NCBI RefSeq assembly: GCF_011049865.1
Contig: NZ_DRGY01000100.1
Span: 11,952-75,951, forward strand
From: Marinobacter antarcticus
GTDB lineage: Bacteria; Pseudomonadota; Gammaproteobacteria; Pseudomonadales; Oleiphilaceae
Length of the DNA stretch: 64,000 nucleotides
Reading direction: 5' to 3'
Shown: one piece after another, positions 35,955 through 47,200 of the stretch
Layout of the letters: each line of letters opens with the position of its first letter
How positions within the stretch are numbered: position 1 is the stretch's first letter
Notes under the pieces: generated by a model
What the model was told of the DNA's origin: nothing
The model's input: only the letters and a program-made list of their open reading frames with translations
The model's database searches: none
Translations under genes and position numbers: made by a program

Positions 35955-36181
35955 AACTCTTTAGTTAATCGAACGGCTGGTATTGGAAGAATAAAAACGT
36001 ATTGCCGATTGTTGTGACATTAAAAACATAAGGCGGTTACAAAATATAATATTTTTCGCTGTTTTAGCATCCTTGTGACTTACATTTTAGGTTGGGCTGA
36101 TGACTCTATCCCTGACGCACTGTTATGAATCGCCAATTTACTTTTCGAGTCCAATGGCTCACACCGTTACAGGAGCAGTTC

Positions 36182-37468
36182 ATGTTTAGTTTGGCTCAAC
36201 CGCAACCCAGGTTCGTGCTCGTGGCAATATTATTGTTGCCCATAACCACACTAGCGCAACAAGAAGAGACCACCCTGCCTGACCTATGGACACTTGAAAA
36301 TAGCATACAGCGTGTACTCGACATTGCTCCGGAAATAAAAACGGCCGAGGCAAAAGTCAATGCCCGGCAAGGCGCATTGCAGCAGGCGGGGGCGTGGCCC
36401 AATCCAACGATTTCGGTTCAAAGTGATGACAAGCTGGGTATTGAAGATGGCTCGGGGGGCAACGATATAACCCAGTATGCATTCAGCCTACCCTTGCCAC
36501 TAAGTGGTCGCCTCTCTCACCAAAAAGCGATAGCGAGCGAAGCACTACAGGGTGCGAAGGCTAACCGTCGCTATCAGCGATTAGTGCTTGAGCAACAGAC
36601 GGCAATGCGATTTCGGCAGTTACAATTGACGACGGCCAATTTAGAACTCGCGGAGCAACGCTTAAAACTGGCTGACGAACTGAAAGCGGCTACTTTACGG
36701 CGCGAACAAGCCGGAGAATTATCCAAACTCGAACGCCTTCGTCTGGGTCTTGTCCGTGAAGAGGCGCAGCAGATTCTGGACAAGGCTGAAGGTGAATACC
36801 ACGAGGCGTTGAGTCAATATCGCGCTTATTTAGGGTTACCCTCAACCGTCAACTTAACTCTAACACCGTTGAGGCCCCTGGAGTCAGTGCCACCATTAGC
36901 CACCTTTGAAATGAATTTGGCCGACCAACCATTGTTCGTGGTTGCGCAGCATCGCATAGGCGCTTCACAGTCTAACGTAAAGCTGTCTCAGGCGAGTCGC
37001 TGGCCTGATCCGGTTCTCAGTGTGTTTCAAGCGGAAGATTTTTTAGGTGGGCGCCGTCAAAAATCTATCGGCATTGGCCTCAGTATTACGGTACCGCTTT
37101 GGGACAGAAAAAGCGGGCAACGAAGTCAGTCCCTTGCCGAGGTAAGGGAAGCCCAGTCAGATCTGAATTCTTTACGACGGGATATCACCAGTCGGGTAAG
37201 ACAAAGTTATATTCATCTTAAGCACCTGGTGCAACAGGCCACGCATTATCGCGCTCGTGTATTTGAACCTGCACGAGAAGTCCTGGATCTCACCAACAAA
37301 GCCTACTTGTCGGGTGAAGTGGAGATTTTGTCTTTAATTGATGCTAACAGCACGTATTTTAATGCACATACCCGCTACCTGGGATTACTTCAATTGGCAT
37401 GGACCGAGAGGGCTGAGCTTCAACTGACCGCTGGGCGATCCTCCTTGAATGCAGAACAGGAAAAATAA
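36182..37468 (+). CDS. Outer membrane factor (CzcC type), RND system 2
   Basis: QAGAWPNP, RWPDP...GLSITVPLWD, AYLSGE. Confidence 0.88.
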   Translation: MFSLAQPQPRFVLVAILLLPITTLAQQEETTLPDLWTLENSIQRVLDIAPEIKTAEAKVNARQGALQQAGAWPNPTISVQSDDKLGIEDGSGGNDITQYAFSLPLPLSGRLSHQKAIASEALQGAKANRRYQRLVLEQQTAMRFRQLQLTTANLELAEQRLKLADELKAATLRREQAGELSKLERLRLGLVREEAQQILDKAEGEYHEALSQYRAYLGLPSTVNLTLTPLRPLESVPPLATFEMNLADQPLFVVAQHRIGASQSNVKLSQASRWPDPVLSVFQAEDFLGGRRQKSIGIGLSITVPLWDRKSGQRSQSLAEVREAQSDLNSLRRDITSRVRQSYIHLKHLVQQATHYRARVFEPAREVLDLTNKAYLSGEVEILSLIDANSTYFNAHTRYLGLLQLAWTERAELQLTAGRSSLNAEQEK

Positions 37469-37470
37469 CC

Positions 37471-38580
37471 ATGAATATCTTCATTAAAAGTCTACTGATC
37501 ATTGCACTCCCACTCTTTTCGGTTCTGGTGCACGGCGCCGAGCTTGAGTTGAGTACTGAGCAACTCAAGACAGCCGGTTTGACTACGATTACTGTCGCTT
37601 CTCGTGAGTATGCTTCACGCGTAAAGTTGACGGGGATTTTGACGTCTGATCAGCGTAAGAGCAATCGCATCGCGTCAGTCGTGGAAGGCATCGTGACTGA
37701 GCTAAAGGTCGTTGCGCACGATCGTGTACGCGAGGGGCAGGTACTGGCCAAGTTGCGCAGTAACACCTTGGGCCAGGCCCAAGCCGATTACCTGGAAGCC
37801 CTCTTTCTATTCCAGCTCACACAGACCGAAAAAACCAGGATTGCTGGCTTAAGGCGAGAAGGGATCGTCTCGGAGAGTCGCTTGCTCAAGGTGAACAGTG
37901 ACTATAAAACGGCCCGTGCCAACCTGAAACAACGGCGACGGCTTTTGTCTTTGACTGGACTTTCCGATCAGCAAATCCAGGCATTAGAAGATAAACCCGA
38001 CCTACTGGCCGAATTTGAATTGACCAGCCCCATTGACGGAATTGTGTCAGTCTCAACGATCGAATCCGGTCAATTGTTACCGGCCGGTGAGGCAGCTTTT
38101 CACGTCGATGATCTCTCGAGTCTTTGGCTTGAAGTTCAGATTCCAGTCGCGAGTTTACCGCTTGTCAAAGTAGGCGCTGAGGCTTTGATTCAAGTCCAAT
38201 CCACTCCTGACCGTCCCTTTCACGGCAAGCTGCAATCGCTCGGCACAGAAGTTAACCGCCAAAGCCAAACACTAGAGGGCCGAATCGTGGTGGCAAATTC
38301 GGAAGGCTTACTCTACCCGGGTATGTACGCTGAAGTGAGCATATCAGGTGTCGTCAATCAAAGCTTGACGGTGCCTGCGAGTGCGGTGTTCAGGGTGGGC
38401 GATCAGGCGTACGTATTCCAGGCCTTGGGCGGGGGCCGATTTGAGCCCACACAAGTGGATATTGGGTCTGGAGCAGATGGGTTGATACCGATCCAAAGCG
38501 GCCTGGAAACAGGAGCCACAGTTGTAACCCAGGGTGTGGCAGAGTTGAAATCTCATTGGCAATATCAGGGAGGCGAGTAG
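37471..38580 (+). CDS. RND membrane fusion protein, system 2
   Basis: LTSPIDG, LYPGMYA, VPASAV. Confidence 0.9.
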   Translation: MNIFIKSLLIIALPLFSVLVHGAELELSTEQLKTAGLTTITVASREYASRVKLTGILTSDQRKSNRIASVVEGIVTELKVVAHDRVREGQVLAKLRSNTLGQAQADYLEALFLFQLTQTEKTRIAGLRREGIVSESRLLKVNSDYKTARANLKQRRRLLSLTGLSDQQIQALEDKPDLLAEFELTSPIDGIVSVSTIESGQLLPAGEAAFHVDDLSSLWLEVQIPVASLPLVKVGAEALIQVQSTPDRPFHGKLQSLGTEVNRQSQTLEGRIVVANSEGLLYPGMYAEVSISGVVNQSLTVPASAVFRVGDQAYVFQALGGGRFEPTQVDIGSGADGLIPIQSGLETGATVVTQGVAELKSHWQYQGGE

Positions 38581-38583
38581 CTT

Positions 38584-41500
38584 ATGATTGCTTCCCTGAT
38601 TCGTTTTGCCTTGATACAACGGTTAATGATCCTGCTGTTAGCAGGTGCCCTTAGCGTTGCAGGCCTGTGGGCTTTTCGCACTCTTCCTATCGATGCCTTT
38701 CCCGATATCGCATCGCCGCAAGTGTCAATTATTATTAAGGCCCCGGGCTTGGCACCTACGGAAGTAGAAAGCCGAATTACTTTCCCGATTGAAATGGGAA
38801 TGCAAGGGTTGCCGCGCCAGGTCGTGTTACGTTCGATGACGAAGAACGCGCTCAGCATTGTCACTATCGACTTCGAGGATGGTGTCGATATTTATTGGGC
38901 GCGTCAGCAGGTAACGGAGCGTTTGAATCAAGTCTGGAGTGAACTGCCCGATGGCGTTGAAGGAGGCCTGGGGCCGGTTACAACCCCCTTGGGCGAAGGC
39001 TATATGTATCGCGTTCAGGGCGTTGGCTATAGTAATCAAGAATTGCGCCGCATTCAAGACTGGGTCATTCGTCCGCGCTTGCGTTCAGTTGCCGGTGTGG
39101 CAGAAGTCAATTCACTGGGTGGCGATGTAAAAGTATTCGAAGTGGTTGCCAATCAGGACGCCTTAATGGCCTATGGGCTCAGCATCAACGATTTACAAGC
39201 CACACTGGAAAACAATAACCGCAATGCCGGTGGTGGTCGTATTAATCGCAATAACGAGGTGCTGTTGGTACGCACTGAAGGTCAGCTTTCTGGCCTGAAG
39301 GATATTCGCAGTATTACCGTGACCAGCCGCAACGGCACACCCGTGCATGTGGATGATATTGCCGACGTGCGTATCAACTCGTTGACACGCTATGGAGCGG
39401 TGACCGCTGACGCGCAAGGTGAGGTTGTCACTGGTTTAGTGCTGTTGCGTAAAGGCGCTAACAGTCGCAGCACAATAGACGGCGTTAAAAAAGAAATAGA
39501 CGCAATGCAGTCAGCGTTGCCTCAAGGTGTGGAATTAGTCCCGTTCTATGATCGAACCGATTTGGTTTCAGCAGCGGTGTGGACCGTTGAAAAGGCCTTA
39601 GGCGAAGCTGTGATTCTGGTGTTATTGGTATTGATTGTAATGCTTGGAAATTTGCGTGCGGCATTGACGGTCGCATTGATCCTGCCGTTATCTGTTTTAT
39701 TTACATTTATTATGATGCGTCTTTTCGGTGTACCTGCCAATCTTATGTCGCTAGGAGGGTTGGCTATTGCCATTGGGATTCTGGTAGATGCCGCGGTCGT
39801 TGTGGTGGAAAACATTCACTCTCAACTTAACCGCGCACCTAAAGGCGTGAGTCGTCTACATTTGGTTTATCGTGCGACCTTGGAAGTGGCAACTCCCGTT
39901 ATTTCAGGCATCTTGATCATTATTGTCGTTTTTCTTCCGCTCTTCAGTCTCTCGGGACTTGAGGGGAAGATGTTCACGCCGCTTGCCGTGACCATTTCCT
40001 TTGCGCTCGTGGCCTCCCTTCTTCTATCGTTAACCGTGATACCGGTACTAGCGAGCTTATTGATGAAAGGAGGCGCAGAAAAAGAAGGGCGCGTATCAGG
40101 CGCCTTGAAGCATGCCTACTTACCCGTAATGAATTGGGCACTTAGCCAACGAAAGCTCGCCATTGCCGTTGCCCTTGGGGCTTTGGTTGTGGCTATGATT
40201 ATGTACCCCTTTATCGGAAAAGAATTTATGCCGGTAATGGATGAAGGTACCACCGTGGTCATCATTGAAAAGCTACCCAGTGTTTCACTGGAACGCTCAC
40301 TAGAGTTGGATGCCCCTTTCCAAAAGGCCATGATGGAACTACCGGAGGTCACTGGTGTTGTGTCACGAACGGGTGCCGATGAATTACGCCTGGATCCGAT
40401 GGGGCTTTACCAAACGGATAACATTCTGATCACCAAGCCGCGAAGTGAGTGGACGGTGAGCCTCGAAGAACACCAGGAAAATCTGCGTAAAAAATTGGAT
40501 CAATTTATTGGCATTGACTATGCGTTTACCCAACCCATTGACATGCGCGTATCTGAGATGTTGACGGGCGTGCGTGCCGCTATGGCGATTAAACTCTACG
40601 GCGACGATCTTTCTGTTCTGGAAGAAAAATCTAAACAAATCAAAGCCTTGGTCAATAACGTTCCCGGCGCCGTGGACGTGTTTCGTGGACAGCTGTCAGG
40701 GCAGAGTTATTTGGAAATTAACATTCGCCCTCAGGCTATCGCCCGTTTTGGCATCAATAACGAAGATATTAATCAGCTGATAGAAGTGGCTGTCGGGGGC
40801 CGTGTTGTCACCGAGGTAATCGAAGGCAATCAGCGCATCGGTGTATTACTTCGCTACCCTGAAGAAGCGCGGTTTTCTCCGGTGGCTATCGGAAGCTTGT
40901 TTGTGGAATCGCCCAACGGTAACAAAATACCATTGAGTAGCCTGGCGGATATTCAAGAAGTAGATGGACCTGTGGCTATTACACGCGAGTCGGCTAAACG
41001 ACAGGTGGTCATACAGTCCAATGTTGATGGACGCGATGTGGTCAGTTTTGTCGATGAGGTTCGTGAATCTATTGAGCGCAATATAACACTACCACCAGGT
41101 TACTACGTTACCTTCGGCGGACAGTTTGAAAACCAACAACGCGCTTCTGCTCGCTTGGTCCTCGTAGTCCCTATTGCAATCGCGTTAATATTTTTGATGC
41201 TATTTATTACGTTCCGTTCGTTGGGGCAGGCAAGCTTGATAATCTTAAATATCCCCTTCGCAATGATCGGTGGCGTTGTCAGTCTCTTTGTGTCTGGTCT
41301 GTATCTTTCCGTCCCTGCCTCGGTTGGTTTTATAACCTTGTTTGGTGTCGCTGTTCTTAACGGTGTGGTGATGGTTACTTATTTTAACCAGTTACGTGAG
41401 TCTGGGCGTAGTATTATTCAAGCCGTACAGGAAGGTGCCGAACGTCGTTTGATGCCAGTACTTATGACTGCCTTGATCGCAAGTTTCGGGCTCATGCCAC

Positions 41501-41673
41501 TGTTGTTCGCCACTGGCCCCGGGTCTGAGTTACAACGACCATTAGCTGTTGTGGTTATCGGTGGTTTGTTCTCCTCAACGGTACTTACTTTAGTATTGCT
41601 GCCAACACTCTACGCGTGGCTTGAAGGCCGGGCCGAAGCCAGGTTGCACACTGACAAAGAGGTGATGGTATGA
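38584..41673 (+). CDS. czcA: Heavy-metal RND transporter, CzcA family, system 2
   Basis: LPIDAFPDI, SLGGLAIAIGILVDAA, ERRLMPVLMTA. Confidence 0.93.
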   Translation: MIASLIRFALIQRLMILLLAGALSVAGLWAFRTLPIDAFPDIASPQVSIIIKAPGLAPTEVESRITFPIEMGMQGLPRQVVLRSMTKNALSIVTIDFEDGVDIYWARQQVTERLNQVWSELPDGVEGGLGPVTTPLGEGYMYRVQGVGYSNQELRRIQDWVIRPRLRSVAGVAEVNSLGGDVKVFEVVANQDALMAYGLSINDLQATLENNNRNAGGGRINRNNEVLLVRTEGQLSGLKDIRSITVTSRNGTPVHVDDIADVRINSLTRYGAVTADAQGEVVTGLVLLRKGANSRSTIDGVKKEIDAMQSALPQGVELVPFYDRTDLVSAAVWTVEKALGEAVILVLLVLIVMLGNLRAALTVALILPLSVLFTFIMMRLFGVPANLMSLGGLAIAIGILVDAAVVVVENIHSQLNRAPKGVSRLHLVYRATLEVATPVISGILIIIVVFLPLFSLSGLEGKMFTPLAVTISFALVASLLLSLTVIPVLASLLMKGGAEKEGRVSGALKHAYLPVMNWALSQRKLAIAVALGALVVAMIMYPFIGKEFMPVMDEGTTVVIIEKLPSVSLERSLELDAPFQKAMMELPEVTGVVSRTGADELRLDPMGLYQTDNILITKPRSEWTVSLEEHQENLRKKLDQFIGIDYAFTQPIDMRVSEMLTGVRAAMAIKLYGDDLSVLEEKSKQIKALVNNVPGAVDVFRGQLSGQSYLEINIRPQAIARFGINNEDINQLIEVAVGGRVVTEVIEGNQRIGVLLRYPEEARFSPVAIGSLFVESPNGNKIPLSSLADIQEVDGPVAITRESAKRQVVIQSNVDGRDVVSFVDEVRESIERNITLPPGYYVTFGGQFENQQRASARLVLVVPIAIALIFLMLFITFRSLGQASLIILNIPFAMIGGVVSLFVSGLYLSVPASVGFITLFGVAVLNGVVMVTYFNQLRESGRSIIQAVQEGAERRLMPVLMTALIASFGLMPLLFATGPGSELQRPLAVVVIGGLFSSTVLTLVLLPTLYAWLEGRAEARLHTDKEVMV

Positions 41674-41978
41674 AAGTTCTTATTATGATTGTGCACAGCA
41701 ATAGTCAGCAGAATTTATCTGACTTATTGCGTAGTTTAACGCAAATAGAGGGTTTTACTTTCAGTCATGTTGAGGGACATGGGGCAAAGGAGGTACACGA
41801 TCCTTTCCTCTCGGCTCGCGATATGGTGGTGGGTTACGTTCCCCGAATCCGTGTGGATATTCTACTTGATGATAGCCACGTTGATACCGTGCTTGACTCA
41901 GTGCGCGCAATGTCCAGCGGTGGTAACGAACTGGGTGTCTTTTGGGTAACCAATGTGCAAAACAGTGGGCGGCTATAG
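41670..41978 (+). CDS. P-II-like/DUF3240 small protein
   Basis: GFTFSHVEGHG...RDMVVG; coupled to czcA. Confidence 0.8.
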   Translation: MKVLIMIVHSNSQQNLSDLLRSLTQIEGFTFSHVEGHGAKEVHDPFLSARDMVVGYVPRIRVDILLDDSHVDTVLDSVRAMSSGGNELGVFWVTNVQNSGRL

Positions 41979-42005
41979 GGCTAACAAAATGGGCGAATTA
42001 AGGTT

Positions 42006-42101
42006 TCACTGGCGGCAGAGGGGGCCGCACAAAAGACAGCCGCTGCCGACGCCAGTGCCGATGCCTCCAATCAGGCCTTGAATATTTGCAGTCCAGTTCA
42101 T
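42006..42101 (-). pseudogene. Possible N-terminal remnant of a YeeE/YedE sulfur transporter
   Basis: Hand-translated as MNWTANIQGLIGGIG...; a shifted frame gives LASAAAVF, resembling the YeeE 'GG.LIGLA.A' start. Lies downstream of pdo on the same strand. Confidence 0.35.
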
Positions 42102-42225
42102 TGAATTCTTCCCATGTGGGTTCAATCCTAACTCTCGTGTGTTTCGTCATCCAGAGCTGTCCATAGAGATTCTCATCGATTCGAATAATGTGTTCCTGGG
42201 CGAAAATTCATGCTCACAAGTGCCA

Positions 42226-42930
42226 CTATTGCTTGCCACAGGCCAGATTAGCCGGTACGGCAATATCCATCAGCTTGGGGTTGGGCAAATCCAGATTATT
42301 CATAATCTGGGCGTACTCGGCTTCCGATTTGCCCGCCAAACGTGGGTTGTAATGTTTTTCCTCGTAGATGGAAGAGCTCAGCATTCCTTTGTAGTCATGG
42401 GCGGGATACACCAACGTATCGTCTGGCAAGCAGAACAGCTTGTTGACGATGGAATCGTAGCTTTTGCGCGGATCGCCGCCCTGGAAATCCGTCCGGCCAC
42501 TGCCGCGAATCAACAGTACATCGCCCGTGAAGACGGCCTGCTGGCTGCCCTGATTCCAGTAAAAACTGAAGGACTCATCCGTGTGGCCAGGGGTGTATAT
42601 GGCCTCCAGGCGGATGCCGTCGATGTCGATCCGGTCGCCTTCCGACACATGCTCTGACACGCATTCCGCCTTGGTAAATTCACCCATGATGGTGACGCAC
42701 TGAGTGGCGTCACGCAGAGCGCCCAGGGCGGTGACGTGATCAGCGTGCGTGTGGGTGTCGATCGCCCTGACAAGTTTGAGGCCAAGTTGATCAATCAATC
42801 CAAGATAGGCCTCCGTAGATTCTTTTACGGGGTCGATAATCACCGCTTCCCGCCCGCGGCCTGAGGCGATGAGGTAGGTATAGGTGCTGGACGTTTTGTC
42901 GAAAAGCTGACGGAACAGCATAAAGTTCAT
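42226..42930 (-). CDS. pdo: Persulfide dioxygenase (ETHE1/Pdo, MBL fold)
   Basis: FRQLFD, DTHTHADH, TPGHT, GSGRTDF, YPAHDY, HYNPRL, VPANLACG. Confidence 0.9.
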   Translation of the reverse strand: MNFMLFRQLFDKTSSTYTYLIASGRGREAVIIDPVKESTEAYLGLIDQLGLKLVRAIDTHTHADHVTALGALRDATQCVTIMGEFTKAECVSEHVSEGDRIDIDGIRLEAIYTPGHTDESFSFYWNQGSQQAVFTGDVLLIRGSGRTDFQGGDPRKSYDSIVNKLFCLPDDTLVYPAHDYKGMLSSSIYEEKHYNPRLAGKSEAEYAQIMNNLDLPNPKLMDIAVPANLACGKQ

Positions 42931-43023
42931 CCTCGCGAGAAATGTAAAATAATCTAAGCTTGTAACTTAACGTAATAACAAGGGAGGCACCTGTCAATCA
43001 CAAAGAAGTGACCTCCATGCCTC

Positions 43024-44283
43024 TTATCGAACAGCAGCGGCCTCTGGCAACCAGCTTTCAAGTTGACCCAACGCGGCGAACAGTTGCCTTTGAAGTCTTG
43101 CTTTCTCCAGTTTGAGAGCCGTCAGTTTCCGGGCACTGTCGATGGCGGCTTCGATATCGCCACGCCCGCTGCCGATTTCGTCCAGCATCGCCTGCCAGTG
43201 TGCGGTCTGGTTCGGCACCTGCCGGTCCTTAAGAATATCCAGTCGCGAATAGCTGGCGCGGATCGCCGCAATCGCCTGGGCGGTCGCGGCCTTCCATTCC
43301 CGGCGAGTCTGGAGCAGATTCCACTCCTGTTGTGCCAGTTGGGATTTTGCCTGTTGTACGGCGCTGCTCTGGCGGCGTCCGGTGAAGGGTATCTGAACAC
43401 CAACGCCGATGGTCCAGCGCTTGTCTTCGTCGGCCCAGAGACTGTTGTAGCCCGCATTTGCCGTAAAAGAAGGGCGCTGACCGGCCTCTTTTTCTTTTAG
43501 CCTGGCGGCGGCGGCTTCTTTTCGGGCTTTGACAGACAACAGCAACGGGTGCGCGTCAGTCATGTCGGTTGTCCGTGGTAAAGCTGAGAGCGGAGGAACC
43601 CGCAATGAAACAGGCTGCGAATCGGGCTCAGCACCCAACAGCGGTAACAGGCTGGCACGCAGCTTGTCCTGTTCCTCTCCCAGGCCAATAAACTGGGCAT
43701 CCAGCGCATCAAGTTCCGTTGTGAGCCGCAGCAACTGGCTTTGCGGAGCCTTGCCATAGGCCAGCCGCTGCTCGGTGATCTCAATAAGCTGCGAGACATG
43801 GTTGCGGGTTTGATGGTGCAGTTGAATGGCTTGATCGATATACCACCAATTCGCGTAAGCCGCTTTTACCTGCGCTGTTAATTGTCGCTCCGCCCACTGG
43901 GCGTCGGCACGGGCACCTCTTATCTGGGCAGCCGCCGCGTTTTCAGAGGCCTCCAACTGATCAGGCCAGGGCAGTTTCTGGGAGATTTCAAAGCGGTGGC
44001 CTACCGTGCTTCCGCCTTCCAGGGTTTGTGGCGCTAACGCGTATTTCGCCACCGGGTCATCCCAGGTGCCGCTGGCTTCGCCGGCGGCGCGGGCCGCGGA
44101 GATCGTTTCTCGCGTGCCAGCCAGCGACGCATTGGTGTCGAGTGCCTTTTCAATCCAGTCATTAATATCCGCCGGCCGTCCGGGTTGTACCTCAGCCCGG
44201 ACATAGCTGACGGAAACTGCAATCGTCAGGATGGAACCGACGAGAATAGGACGGATCAGGAATCGAGTTAGAGCGAATGTCAT
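43024..44283 (-). CDS. cusC: Outer membrane factor (CusC type)
   Basis: WDDP...SQKLPWP, GVGVQIPF; last gene of the cus operon. Confidence 0.82.
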   Translation of the reverse strand: MTFALTRFLIRPILVGSILTIAVSVSYVRAEVQPGRPADINDWIEKALDTNASLAGTRETISAARAAGEASGTWDDPVAKYALAPQTLEGGSTVGHRFEISQKLPWPDQLEASENAAAAQIRGARADAQWAERQLTAQVKAAYANWWYIDQAIQLHHQTRNHVSQLIEITEQRLAYGKAPQSQLLRLTTELDALDAQFIGLGEEQDKLRASLLPLLGAEPDSQPVSLRVPPLSALPRTTDMTDAHPLLLSVKARKEAAAARLKEKEAGQRPSFTANAGYNSLWADEDKRWTIGVGVQIPFTGRRQSSAVQQAKSQLAQQEWNLLQTRREWKAATAQAIAAIRASYSRLDILKDRQVPNQTAHWQAMLDEIGSGRGDIEAAIDSARKLTALKLEKARLQRQLFAALGQLESWLPEAAAVR

Positions 44284-47200
44284 GATTGAGCTCCTTCACG
44301 TACAAAGCGCTTCAGGCGATGAAGCTGCCATAAATAGAAAATCACAGGAATCAGTAGCAGGGTAAGAATAAGCGTAGTGACCATGCCGCCGATCATGGGG
44401 CCGGCAATGCGCTGCATCACTTCGGAACCGGTACCACTGCCAAACATGATGGGCACGAGACCCGCGACGATGGCAGAAAATGTCATCATGATGGGACGCA
44501 CTCGCTGGGCAGCGCCACGGGAAACGGCCTCGCCGAGCAACTCCGGGGTGAGCCTGGACATCTGGTGGTCGACGGATTCCACCGCCTCGCGCAAGGCCTG
44601 GTTCAGGTAAACCAGCATCAACACGCCGATTTCAACGGCAACACCGGCGAGGGCAATAAACCCGACCGCCACCGCTACTGACAAGTTGTAGCCCAGCAGA
44701 TACATCAACCAGATACCGCCGATCATGGCGAAGGGCAGGGTGCCAAAGATGATGCCCACCTCAATGAGATTACGGAAGTTCAGGTATAGCAGTATCAGGA
44801 TAATGGCGAGCGTCAACGGAACGACCACCGTCAGCCGTTCTTTGGCCCGCTGCATGTATTCATACTGACCGGACCAGGTGACGGAATAACCTGCAGGTAA
44901 ATCAAGCTCTTCCCGAACCCGTGCCTGCGCGTCTTCAATCCAGGTTCCCAGATCCCGGTCTGCAATATCCACGAGGGTCCAGCCGTTGATGCGACCATTT
45001 TCGGATTTGATCATCGGTGGCCCGTTATCTATACGGACATCGGCGACATCGGCGAGGGCAATGCGCTGCCCGTCGGGGGTCACTATCGGCAGTAGCCGCA
45101 TTTGCGCTACTGAGTCCCGATATTGCTGGGGGTAGCGCATATTGATGGGATAGCGCTCCAGCCCCTCCACGGTGGTTGCCACATCCATGCCCCCGATCGC
45201 CGTGCGTACGACGGCCTGAACATCCTCTATGTTGAGACCAAAACGGGCAGCGGTGTCACGCTGTATATCCACTTTGACATAGCGGCCGCCGGCTACCCGC
45301 TCGGAGAACGCAGAAGCGGTTCCGGGGACTTTGTTGAGAATGGCCTCAAGCTGCTGGCCAATGCTCTCAATAACCGCTAGATCGGAACCGGCCACCTTGA
45401 TGCCCACGGGGGTTTTAATGCCGGTAGAGAGCATATCGATTCGGGTTTTTATGGGCATAACCCAGGCATTTGTCAGCCCTGGCAGTTTAACGATCCGTTC
45501 CAGTTCTTTTCGGACTTTGTCGGGTGTCATGTCCGGTCGCCACTGGTCACGGGGTTTGAACTGGATGAAGGTCTCAATCATGGTCAGTGGTGCCGGGTCG
45601 GTCGCTGTTTCCGCGCGACCGATCTTGCCGAAAACTGTCGCCACTTCTGGCACTGTCGCAATCATTTTGTCGGTCTGTTGTAAAATCTGCCGTGCCTTGC
45701 CGATGGATATGCCCGGGTAAGTCGTCGGCATATACATCAGATCGCCTTCATTGAGTGGCGGCATGAATTCGCTACCCAATCTATTGGCTGGCCACAGCCC
45801 TATCATGAGCACGACCAGTCCGCCAATGATCATGATGGCCGGCCGATGCAACGCCCAGCGAATGACCGGCGAATAGATCGCGATCAGCATACGATTGAGA
45901 GGGTTGCGGTGCTCCGGAATAACGTTGCCACGAATGAAATACCCCATTAACACCGGAACCAGCGTGATCGCCAGCCCTGCGGCGGCTGCCATTGCGTAGG
46001 TCTTGGTAAATGCAAGGGGGGCAAAGAGCTTGCCTTCCTGCGCCTCCAGGGTGAATACCGGTAAAAAGCTGACGGTGATGATCATCAGTGAGAAGAACAG
46101 CGGCGCGCCAACTTCTCCGGCCGCCCGGGCGATGACCGACCAACGGTTCTCAGCGGTCAACGGTGTTTTTTCTATGTGTTTATGGACGTTTTCGATCATC
46201 ACGATAGCCCCGTCCACCATGGCACCGATGGCGATGGCGATCCCGCCCAAAGACATAATATTGGCGTTGATACCCTGATAGTGCATGACCACAAACGCCG
46301 TCAGAATGCCCACCGGGAGACTGACAATCACAACCAGGGATGAGCGCAGGTGAAAGAGGAACGCGGCGCAGATCAGAATAACAACGAGGAACTCCTCCAC
46401 CAGCTTGGTGTAAAGATTGTCCACGGCGTTGTTGATCAGGGTCGAGCGGTCATAGGTGGGCACAATTTCCACACCGTCGGGCAAGCTGGGCTCGATTTCC
46501 CGCAGGCGCTGCTTCACGCCCTCAATGGTTGCAAGGGCATTCTCGCCAAACCGCATCACCACAATGCCACCGGCAACCTCGCCCTCGCCATTGAGCTCGG
46601 CAATGCCCCGTCGCATCTTGGGCCCCAGTCGGATATCCGCCACATCCTTGAGCAGCAGTGGCTTGCCATTAACGTTTACGCCGAGGGGGATCTGCCTAAG
46701 GTCATCGGCGTTAGTCAGATAACCGGTCACTCGCACCATGTATTCCGCTTCCGCCATCTCAATCACCGAGGCACCTGCTTCCTGGTTGCCCCGGTTAATC
46801 GCCACCTGGATGCGCTGCAACGTAATGTCGTGGGCACGAAGACGATTGGGGTCGACCACCACCTGATATTGTTTGACCATGCCGCCAACGCTGGCCACTT
46901 CCGAGACCCCGGGGACGGTTTGTAATTCAAACTTCAAAAACCAGTCCTGGAGAGACCTCAGATCCACCAGATCATTGTTGCCGCTTCGATCAACCAGCGC
47001 GTAGGCAAACACCCAGCCCACACCGGTGGCATCTGGCCCCAGTTCCGGTTTGGCGCTGGCCGGCAATTGCCCGGCCACCTGGCTCAGATATTCCAGTACC
47101 CGGGAGCGAGCCCAGTACAGGTCGGTATCGTCGTCGAATATCACGTACACGAACGAATCCCCAAAAAAGGAATAGCCGCGAACAGTTTTCGCGCCTGGTA

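Noticed and set aside
41997-42120. Alternative frame PTWEEFNELD...RP resembling a group II intron maturase C-terminus
   Set aside because: No upstream RT motifs and no intron domain V/VI structure; the similarity is short enough to be chance.
42139-42657. 172-aa plus-strand ORF
   Set aside because: Antisense shadow of the well-supported pdo gene.
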